Origin: Aplysia californica
Taxonomy: Eukaryota
Length of the DNA: 64,000 nt
NCBI RefSeq assembly: GCF_000002075.1
Contig: NW_004798335.1
Coordinates: forward strand, 72,038-136,037
Direction: 5' to 3'
Positions 13,201 through 24,800 of this stretch are shown here, in pieces. A program made the translations under genes and the position numbers. Position 1 is the first letter of the stretch. The number at the start of each line of letters is the position of its first letter. The notes beneath the pieces are model-generated. The model saw only the letters and a list, made by a program, of their open reading frames with translations. It searched no databases and had not been told where the DNA came from.

Positions 13201-15798
13201 AGACAGGCTTGTCTACTGTCGTGAATAAACCTTGGACTGACTCGGATCCGGCAGTGGGGAATTTGGGGGCACATTGCATATCGCAACCTCAGTGCTTTCT
13301 TGTCGTATCTCCATTTTTTTAAACAGTGAAAACAGTTCATAACAAAGAGTGAACTTAAGAAGAAGTTACATTTTCAAGGTTTAAGAAAATGGAGATATAA
13401 CATGAAAACACTGAGGTCGTGATGTACCACACCAAAACCTATTCTATTTGGTGTAATGTTGGATGCCCTTGATTGGGTTTTGAAAAAGTTAAAAAGTTAA
13501 TTGATAAATAATCAGTTATTTTTTCATGATAAGCTCTAAAGCTTTTATGCCTCTAGGCCTTTAGATGGGTCATACATATTATTATGCCCAGGATATACTT
13601 CTACAGGGAAAAGAAAATTGTACAAAATAAACTTCTTTGAGAAATGCTACCCAAACATCTTCAACACTGCTGGTGTTGACATCAGTTTTGCCCTACCTCT
13701 ACCTGCTGCCTCCCCCCCATCAATTTCTCTCTGTCTCTCTCTCTTTTCTCTCCCCCCCCCCTCCCACACACACACACACACTCATGACCTAATAGTTATA
13801 CTCACAACAAATGATCCATCCCTTGCCCAAAGAAATAAAACTATATAAAAAGTGATTTTCAAAAACCTCTGTTACGTTCTGTGCCCAGGGGTGATGCATC
13901 AGATACAGAAACTGGCCAGCGATGACAGCGCCCTGCCCGGCTCTCCCACCAAGTCCACGGCCCCCTCCCCTCCAGGCACCTCCCCCATCCTGGGCTCAGC
14001 CCTGGACGCCAGCTGCCCGGCTGTCCCGTTACCCATACCCAAGATAGACGCCCCGGATGCCGGAGAGGGAGGAGGGGCGGAGGAGTTGAGCTCACCCAGC
14101 AGTGGCGCCTCTCCACACATCGAAGAGCCCTGCGCCTCGTCGGCACATATGTAAGTTGAGCGAGCTACAGAAAACGTCATTGGTGTCTGGTGAAGCATTT
14201 AGTTACAAGACGCTTTGCTGTGGCATGAGTAAACGCTGCGTTTGATTCCTGTGTAGGGCTGGTCCGGACAGCAAAGGTGGAAGCCTGACATACAATTGTT
14301 AAAATTTTGTTGGGGTTGTAAAACACTTACATTACAGCAGAAAAAACTAAATTAGCACTTGTACAATCTTTTGTAAGATTTTATTTGGAATTTTAGACAT
14401 AAAAGTTGACCTTTTTGTCTAGCAGATGGTAATTCAGTTGATGCTTTTTCAGGAAACTGAGTGATGTCTTGAAGAGAAAGAGGCCACCCAGGAGAGGCCC
14501 GACCAAAAAAGGAAGCAAGTCGGAAGATCCAGCCTCCTCTGAGCCTTCCCCTAAGGGAGTGAGTCTCCTGCTGGGCCGCGGAAGAGGAAAGTCAGCTTCT
14601 GGTACGTTCTGTTTGGTTTGTTCTAGATGTCACTTTGAGATTGTTCTAGATGTTCCTCTGAGATTATTTGAGATGTCTCTTTGAATTGTCTTGAATGTCC
14701 TTTTGAGGTTATTGTAGGTGTCTCTTTCAGATCATTGTAGGTGTCTCTCTGTTAAGTTTGTTCCAGATGTCCCTTTTAGATTGTTTGGGACATCTCTTTG
14801 AGATTGTTCAAGATGTCTTTTTGAGATCTCTCTGTTGAGATTGTTCAAGTTGTCTCTGAGATTGTTTAAGATGTCTCTTTGAGATAATTCTTAAAATTTT
14901 TCTGTTAGATTGTTCATGGTGCTTCTGGTGTTTCTGTGTTGAGAAATTGTTCTTAGATGTCTCTTTGTTGGAATGTTCGACATTTCTTTTTGAATTTGTT
15001 CTACGTTTTCTTGTTGAGAATGTTCTACATGTGTCTTTGTTCTACATGAGATTGTTCTAGATGTTTGTTTGTGTATTTATTTGGTTTTCTGTTCCAGGCA
15101 GATATTAGTTTTGTAAATGTAATTTATAGCTCTGTAATTTTGGTCTCAAAAATTCATTTAGTGTAGGTTTAGGGGGCTCTCGTGGCCTAGAGGTTAAGGT
15201 GTTGGCCTCTCATTCAAAGGTCCCAGGTTCGAATCGGGGTAGCGACCGAAAAATTTTCTTCTCTAAATTTGTCTCCTTTCACCTCATTTCTGCTCTCTAG
15301 CAATGTTCTGTCGTCTGCTTTCGTCTCCTCTTTCTGCCCCCACCCCCTCACCTCCTTTGCCCCTTCCTCTGGGCTCCTGATTCTTTCTGCAGCCTTTCTA
15401 CTGCTACTCCTTGGCTTCTTCTTACTGCTGTCTTTCAGCCACACCCCTGATCTTCTGGTAGGAAAGATCTACACCTAGCCTTCTCGGACAAGGGCGAAAA
15501 ATCTCAGAGGGCCCGTGTGCAAGTTGCGCACGTTAAAGATCCCTTGGTGGTCTAAAATCGATAAGAGTAGGCTTCGGCCGCCACCCGCGCAAAGTTCAAA
15601 ATTTCCTACCAACTGAAAATATTAGGTGTGTCCTGTGCGCTCATATGACTTTATGCAGTTGCGAGCGCCGTTGAACACTTTACAAAGACAAAACAAAAAA
15701 ACAAAGCTGTAGGTTCTATATTTCTTCACCACTGGTAGGTCCCACTTTTTCTCCCCCATCCCCCCCCCAACACACACACGCACACACACATACGTACT

Positions 15799-15831
<33 letters not shown>

Positions 15832-18800
15832 ACGTACTCACTCACACACAGAAACACACACACACCTTTAATGAGTGCTATCATGTGAGTGTGCTTTCCT
15901 GTACTCAATCTCAAAATAAATAATGTGTTCGTGGTATCTAGCACCCTGTGGCACTATTTTCTCCTCTCTGTCTCACAGGCAAAGACGCGAGATCCAGCTC
16001 ATCTGGGTCCAAAATTCCATTCTTGACCACTCTGAACCCCAGGTCTTGGGGCAGGACGGGCAGCTCGGCAGACAGACAGGCATCCATGAAGGTGAACATG
16101 GAGAAAGGCATCTCTTTTCTCTGTGTATATGTATCTCTCTATATCAATCTCCCTCCCTTTCTCATTCTGTATCTCTANNNNNNNNNNNNNNNNNNNNNNN
16201 NNNNNNNNNNNNNNNNNNNNNNNNNNNNNNNNNNNNNNNNNNNNNNNNNNNNNNNNNNNNNNNNNNNNNNNNNNNNNNNNNNNNNNNNNNNNNNNNNNNN
16301 NNNNNNNNNNNNNNNNTCATTGATATGAATAAGGCTTCACTCATATTTTGTTGGACTAAGTGTTTTTTCCATACATTGAATGAAATTGTTTGCATTAATG
16401 TTTTTCATTAATGCTCTTGCTTCAGCTTTATTGGAGGTGAAAGGGTTTTAAGTCTGAATTGGTCAGGTCAGATGTCACTGGTCATATGTAACCATGGCGA
16501 TGTTCGTCTGTTGGTGCCCCACTCTTTGTCACAACAGGCCCGCATCTTCCCTGGTCAGATACAGAATTCTGCAAGGATTAAGTATGACTGGATTATAGAA
16601 TGCAATGTTTTTGTATTTTTAAGTCACTTTTGCATCACATTTACACATTGTCATCGCTGTGGGTCTCTCTCTCAGTTTGAGTATTGAAGAGCTTAAATTG
16701 ACCATATTTGGTATGTATTGAGTCCCTTTCTAGTTGACAGGAATGTTCCACCTCCTAAATGATGTAAATTGACACAATTTATGGGGATGCAAACCGCTAA
16801 CTATTACAACTCTATCAAACTGAATCTGCCAACCCAAAATAAAAAAACCCACCCCCAAAAAAACACAAACCACTAAAAGTTGAATGCAACAATAGTGGAA
16901 TTGTGATGCAAAAGAGGAAGAGGAGTTTTACCTCAGGGTGTGATAAGACGGCACTAGTTGCCTCCCTTCTACCAGCTTACTGAAGAAGAACTGAACTTCA
17001 TCTGTCCGCAGGAGATGTTGTCACACAAACAGTTGCCTCCCCCTGTCGTGGTCAACAAGGAGAAAGTCAGAACCTGGATCAAAGAACAATGTAAGGGTAA
17101 AACGCTGTCTTGTGCACGAATGTTTTAATCTTGTGCCCTTCCTCCCCCCCCCCTTGACTTCTGAATTTTTGTTGCTTCATTTTTTTTAAATGTGGTAAAT
17201 GAGTATCATAATGTGAACATCTTAATTTTATTACTGTTTTGTTGACAGAAATGTCGTCATGTCAAGTTCTTTATGGGTTGGGGGTTTCTTTCTGTTTTGT
17301 TATTAGAAATGCTGTAAATGAGTGTTGTACTAAAAAAATCCTCATGTGCTTTTTTTTTCACCTTGATACTTGCTGTGTGTGGTATATTGGGATGTTTTTA
17401 CTTCCTATTAAGGGGGAAAGGAGGGTGGGAGTTACATTTATATATCCCTTACTCATCTTTAGCCAATCAGGGTCTGTTTGCCAAAGCTTATGAGTTGGCA
17501 TATTTCATCTCATTCATACTACTATTGCCTGAATAATTTTTTATTACTTAAAGAAGACTTAAAAAATAGTACTTACTTAAATTTAGGACTTGACCTTGTT
17601 GGTTCTGTCTGTCTTACCTTTTCTCAGCTCTAAAAGACTGGTAGTAGGTGGTTGGTGGGTGGTTTGTTCCTCTCCCTATCGAACATACTTCGTCTTTTTC
17701 TCTTCATCTTTTTTTGTGTTTGTTACTCTCTTGTAACACCTCTAATCTTTGGCACTTATATAACCTATTTTGTTGCAAGTGCTTAAAACTTTTTAAAAAA
17801 GACTAACTATTTTGCGCTCTTCTCTTAATTCAGACGAACATGTGTCATGTATTTCATTTCTGCTCCTATCTCCAGGTAAACTGTTTATGGAGAAATATTT
17901 CTCAGCCGATATACACGGAGACTCCCACCCAGCGCTGGACATGCTCAAACGACTTTCTTCTGCTACCGAACGTCTTTCACCACAGGTGACAAAGGACTCT
18001 GGTCTTAAAGCCAGAAATTTTCTGATTTCCTGATCAGGAAAACACCTTGAAAATGAATGAATACAAAAATGTATGGGAGAAAAGTCAGGGAAACCAAAGG
18101 GCTGCCCTTTAAAAAAAAATTCGGTTTTATGAAAATACGATCATAATACCCCAAGCCTTATTCAAATTTTAAAAAATGATTTGCCTTTCAGCTGCTGCAA
18201 CTCATCTCCACATTCCCAGTGTATAAGTTATGAAAAATCAGATCGCGACAGTCTACGTCACTGCATCACGTTCAGCTGTCTAACTCGCCCTCTGTACATA
18301 GCCTTTGAAGTTGTTTAATAATATTTTGCCCTAAGAAAAACATTAACAAGGAATAAGGCCAACTTTAGTTTGACAAGGTGTTAAAATGCTTGCCCCTTTG
18401 CTCATGTTGTGCAGTGATGTACAATCAAGATCAAAGGATTGTGACGTGTCCCGTCAGGTTTCTTTTGTTTTTGTAACAGTCAAGCTAACGGTCAATAAGA
18501 ACCCCCACCCTCTTTTTTTTAAAACTTGGCAACGGCAAGCTTGCCAAGACCATTGTTTCTCCTTGATGAGTGGGAACCCTGTGTATGTCACTTACTAGTA
18601 ATGCCTCTGATCTTTGGCACTTACATGACCTAAAATCCCGGTTTTTCCTCTTTCCAATCTTCATGCAGTTTTTTTCTGTTTTTCTCAGCTCCTTTAGCTC
18701 TATCATGTGACATATATTTTGGTCAAATTAATCGTTATAAAATTTATTCGTGAAACCCCCTACTAAAACTAAATCTAAAACTTAACTCAAATTTAACCAT

Positions 18801-21800
18801 ACAACATTGTCCTGTTTGTTTTCATCTCCCAGGGCGACAGTGGTATAGATCGCTTGCTCGAGATCGCTGCCATCGTGAGGGAGAGCGACATCTCTCCATT
18901 TGAAGTGATCCACAGCGGGCTCATCGGCACGCTGCTTCAGTACTTGTCCAGCACCTCGGGCGATGTCATGAGGGACATTCGCATCCGCCGATTTCTTCAC
19001 GTCTTCCTCTGTTGCCCGGTATGTGCGGTGCTGATGCAGTAGTAATAATGATTGCATTTTAGATATCTGGTATAAGACTCCATCATACGTCACTTTTCAA
19101 AGTGGCTAAGGGCGGAGTCTTACATTGAGAAGTCAATTTACACAGTGCATATCCACACTCTACAGCATTCTCTTTGCACTTTACCGTTATACAATATTAC
19201 CCCGGCAGACCCCAGGACACTAAGGAACTTTCTCTGCATCTCAAGTTCTTTCCCAAAGATGCAACATCGGGGCCCTGTAGGGTTTGAACCCTTGACCTAT
19301 CGGTTGCCAGCCCAACAGCCTAACCACTAGAAAACCAATGCCATGGTTCTAGTCTGTTTCTCTCCATTTCTCAGTGTCCCTGTCTGTCTACTGTTCCCAT
19401 GCACTAAATATTTATTGGATCGACGTGCTTTTTTAAACTCAAATTGAATTAAATTTGACGTTTCTTGTGGGGACTCTCAGGAAACTGCAGTTCTGCATCA
19501 GCAAGATTGACAATTGCACTATGGACACCACCAACAATCATGACAATCAACATTAAAACCACGGCAGCAAACACTGGAACATGGGTGGTTGGCGGGTGCT
19601 CTGGTGTGATTTGCTTCTTCTTTCCTGTCGAAAACTATCATCCTCTCTCCTCCTCCTTTTTTGTGTTTGTTACTCACTTGTAACACCTCTTATATTCGGC
19701 ACTTATATTACCTTATTGTGTAGCAAGTGCTGTAAATTTTTTACTTAAACTAAACACTGGAACCATAACAACCACAGCCAGACCCACAACAACAACCCAT
19801 CACCCACAACCAAACACATAGCAACACCCACAGCACCAGCCGCCACCACCACCACAAGAACAAAAGTAGTCTCTACCGCCACAATAACAACTAGACCCAC
19901 AACACCCACCATCACCACAACCAAACAATAACAACCACTTTGCCATAAGCTGACAAAACGCCTTTTTTCATTGTTGGTGTCAAATTTTTTAATTTGGTCA
20001 ATTGAAAGCCTGATCAGTTACCCTACCTCTGTGAAAAAAAAATCAAAGTGAAACTGTCACTAGTTTTTGAATAAATTAGAATTCAAATTTTGAAAGAATG
20101 CCGTTTTAAAATGGTTATGCCTAGGCCTTGCTACCTTGAAAGTGCTGTGAATATAAGAAAAGGCATTTTGTCAGCTTATAGCAGCAACTGCTTCAATATT
20201 AACAACAAACACCACAACCAGACCGACGATGACACCCACCATCGATACAACTAAAACAATAGCAACCACTGCCACTTCAACAACACCAACAACAACCACC
20301 ACCACCACCATCACCACTGCAATCAAGGACTGTGTGTGTTATACATATTATGTATGTGTATGTGACCCTCCCCCCCAGCCTCCCAGCGTGACGTACATGA
20401 AGGAACCACCTAGTGACAAGGACAGAACGCCAGCTTTGTCCTTCCTGGTGTCCAAACTCATGGCCTGCTTACATCAGCTGGAGCAGGTAACCAATGGCAC
20501 TCTCATACCTTGTTCCAGAAGTTACTCTTATTGTTACAGTCTTACCTATGGGTGGAGATAACTTTTATAGTTAAAACATTGAGATAATTTTTATAGTAAC
20601 AACATTGAGATAACATGGCTACAAAATTGAGATAACTTTTATAGTTTTAATACTGAGATGGATTTTATAGTTTTAACTCTGGTATAACTTTAATAATTTC
20701 TGTGAAGAATAATGGAAAAAATTTGTTCCTTTTTTTTTTTTTTTTTTTAATTTAGAAAAAAAAGTGTTTTGGCCTCCTTTGAAATAAAAATTATTATTTT
20801 TCTAATGCAATATATTTCCTGCTTGCCCCTTGGGGTTTATTCCATTTGTCCCTCTCTTTGTGTAGTTTCAGGTCAAAGTTCACGACCTACCTGGTGGGGG
20901 AAGTGGCAGCAGTCGCGGGGGCAACGCCCTCAAGTTCTTCACTACACACCAGTTAAAGGTAAACCTTCACCTTGTCACGAGGAACATTCTAACTATCCCG
21001 CCTATTTTCTGTTGTGAATGTAATGAATATGATAACAATAATGATAATACTATAATAATGATGGTAACAATAATCAAGTTCTTCACTACACATCAGTTAA
21101 AGGTAAATTGTAACCTTGTCAAGGGGAACACTGTGACTTCTCTGGCTATTTTCAGTCATGAATGAAATAAACATTCTCAGATATAATGATAATATTAATC
21201 TCATCTTTGAATAGTAATAATGTTTTGGGGAAGAATAAAGGTGATAACTAGCTTTTTTATAGCACAAATTCCTGCTCAACAGCAAGCTCTATGCATTTTA
21301 CAATGTATATTATTACCCCAGCAGACTTGATAGCATTCTGTAATATCTTAATTTAAAGGTACTAAAGCACTAACATACTGACAAGATCTTTTACTGCGTA
21401 TGGCCAATTGCCCATTTACACCCAGTTGAAGGGAGGAAAATCTATTTGCAATACCTTTGCCAAGAAAACGATGTTGGGCTGAGCTGAGCCTCGAACCCAT
21501 GAACCTCTCACCTTTCAGGGATTGCTTGCACTAACGTGTGTGTACTAAAATGTTTGCCTTTTCCTCTCCTGTGCTCACAGTGCCAGCTTCAGAGACACCC
21601 AGCGTGCACGTCGCTGAAGCAGTGGAAGGGAGGCCCTGTGAAGATTGATCCACTAGCCCTCGTGCAAGCCATAGAGAAATACTTATTAGTCAGGGGTTTT
21701 GGGAAAACTAGGGTAAGTGTCTGAGAGAAATACTTATATTCGTCAGTAGTTTGGGAAGGTGACGATTTATACTGTAGATAAATGCTTATTAGTCATGAGT

Positions 21801-24800
21801 TTGGGAAGACTAAGTAAGTGCCGTAGAGAAATAATTATTAGTCAGTGGGAAGGCTAGGTTACAGCGGGGGTTAGTGGATCAAAAAATGGGTGGGGCTCAA
21901 ATGAGGGTAGGTTGAGTTCAACGGTGAGATTTCCTCGGTTCAGTGGAAAGTCTAGATCTGTGCGTTGTGTGTATGTTTGTGTATATGTGTGTGTGACTAG
22001 TTGTCTCACACATTCACATTCACATGCTCAAACCCACAGACGTCAGTAACTGGAAAAGGCTGAGTAGTGGTAGAGAGCAAGACATTCCCAGCAAGGGCCC
22101 ATCTCTCTTTCTCTCACACACACACTCACGCACACATACCCTAATTAAACATACATCATCCTTGTCTCTCCTCCTCCTTGCCTTTGTATGTGACTTTATT
22201 GTAGTAGCACTTTATATGTTTAGTAGTAACGCATCTAATCTTGAGCTCTTAACATGACCTATTTCTCATGTGTGTATGTGTGTCTTAAAACCTTTACCAA
22301 AGCTAAAACTATATCTTTGTTTCGCTCACAACAGGAGGGTATGGATGAGGATCTTAGCGACGACGACAACTCTGACGAGGAGATGGAGGAACAGATGGCC
22401 TCCATCGTGATCTCGGCCACGTCGCCGCGGCACAGGCTCGAGTTCCTCATCGGCGACCATGTGCTGCCCTACAACATGACGGTCTACCAGGCGGTCAAGC
22501 AGTACGTGTGCCACGGGGGCACAGAGGTCGGGGATCTCAGCGACGGCGACACAGACACACCCTTTGGAAACACCAGTCTCTGGGTGCAGACACACACCAT
22601 ATGGTGAGCTACAGTGTTTGTTTGTTTATGTGTGTGTGTGTGTGGAGGGGGGTGGGTGGTTGTTTGAATTGTCACGTGGCCGGTTAGAGGGCGCCATCAG
22701 GCCGAAGGGCTAGAACTCGGATGGCTGCTAGGTAGGGAAAAGTAAAGTGGAGGGCACCACTGGTAGGTCCTACTTGCTTTGTTTTCCTCTGGTTGTTTCT
22801 ATTTGTCGTGCTTCTTCGCTACACCAGTTTTGTATTGATGTTCTCCTCTTTACTCAAACTTGAACTGTATTGCCGGATCTAATGTTGCCCAATCTTTCTT
22901 CTTTCTTTTCTTTGTGTTATTTTCAAATAAGACCTCTTATGTGGATGGTTGGCAGGTGCTCTGGTGTGGTTTGCTTCTTCTAATCTCTCCTATCAAACAT
23001 CTATCGTCTTTATCTTCCCTCCTTTTTTGTGTTTGTTACTCTCTTGTAACACCTCTAATCTTCGGCACCTTTATGACCTTATTGTGTTGCAAGTGCCGTA
23101 AAACAGTTACAAAAAAAAAGATTCTATGTTACCTTGTTTTGGATAGAAGTTTGTCCTATTAGTCAGATTTGATGTTGCTTTATGCTTAGTGACAGTTAGT
23201 TTGTTGATCTGCTTCTCTTGTCTCAAATTAAACTTGATTTGTTTTTGACTGTTCAGGTACAGACCAGCAAGTGAGCAAGAAGAAAACATGGTGACCAGCC
23301 CCAAGAAGACTAAAGCTGAATCGAAGAGCTCCAAGGTGTCAAAAAAGAAAGGTGAGAGACCTGTACAAGTGTCCTGTGTGTTTCTGGGCAGGTTGGGATG
23401 CTTGGTGGGCACCACTGGTAGATCCTATTTTTTTACTTTCCCATCTGTTGTTGTTTGCTTCTCTGCTTAAGGGGGTGAGGTGGTCCCCACGAGCGAGGTA
23501 ACTCCTTTATTTTTGGACCTAGAAACCTTAAACTTGGCATACAACTTCGTTCTGATATAGGTATTACGATGAAAAAAGATTTTTCCCGGATCCAAGATGG
23601 CCGCCATTTTTATAGCGGCCATATTGGATTTTCACATCATGTTTTCAAATCAATACTCCTCTAAAATTTACCGATGAATTTTATTGTCCTTTGGTACACA
23701 TGTACCCAAGAAGCATATAAGTTATATATTGTCAGCATCTTTCGATATCTTATTTCGTCTTGGAGTTATATGTAGAATCGTGCAAATCTTGTCAAAAATA
23801 CAAAAATCGGTCAATTTTCCAAATTGTTTTTATCATAAAATGAAAACCAAGATAGATATCATAAAACGCGGACAATGCAATGTAACCACCCCTAAGGGCA
23901 ACAAGTATGCCAAATGCCATCAAGATACACCTGTAATCTTCAGAGGAGTTTCGAAAAATGTGTCAAAAATTAAAAAATCAAATACGTTTGACAAAAATGA
24001 GGTACCTCTCTAATTAGTGAAGTTAGAATAACAATGTAAGAAGAAAAAATGTTGGGCATCCAACTAGCTACGACTGCGCCAAAGGACAATCAAATCAACA
24101 GAGAAATGACTGAGTAAAAGCAAAAAATATTGTAATACCCAATTTGACCCTGACTGACCAAAAATAGGTGGGACACACACCCCCCCACCTTAATGTTGTG
24201 TGGGTGGTTGGCGGGTGCTGTGGTATGGTTTGCTCCTTCTTTCCTATCAAATTTATATTTTCCTTCTCTCTTCTTTTCTTTGTTACTCTCTGGTAACACC
24301 TCCAATCTTCAGCACGCGTATGACGTATTTGTGTTGCAGATGCCATACAATTTCTCAAACAACCATGAGCTGTAAGTTGACCTGCATAAAGTGATATACG
24401 AATCATGCCCTTCTCTTTTTACCCTCTTGAGTCTTGAGCAATCATTTTTTTCTTCTTCCCTACTCCCACCCTACCCCAACTTTACCCCCCACCACCCACC
24501 TCCTTAACAAAACCACTCCTCCCCCCCCCCACCCCACCCCAACCCCCACCATGACAACCACTACGTCCACACACCCCTTTTACCACCACCCCCAATACCT
24601 CCACCACCACCGCCACGCCTACCACAACAATGACGATGACAGACTCCCGAGCCAGCAGCCCCATGTCCCAGCCCGTCCTTCAGAGTTTTCTGTCAGAGAA
24701 GCTGCCGGCCTCCGTGACTGTCGAGGACGCCTCGCTGGAGACTGTGGCTCTGCTCCGAGTGCTCCACGCCCTCAATAGGCACTGGGCCTCTATGTATGAT

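Noticed and set aside
14553-14564. Strong internal donor GGA|GTGAGT in the exon at 14453
   Set aside because: It is phase 0 while the next exon needs phase 1; the 14601 donor fits. It could only work if exon 15979-16091 were also skipped, which the sequence alone cannot support.
15172-15247. Possible tRNA-Glu(CTC) gene (and its inverse near 63275-63348)
   Set aside because: Stems pair poorly and it is the head of a 530-bp repeated element with TSDs, so it is a SINE rather than a tRNA gene.
19760-20325. Thr-rich mucin-like ORF
   Set aside because: A/C-rich low-complexity intronic tract interrupted by a MITE; the real exon starts at 20379.
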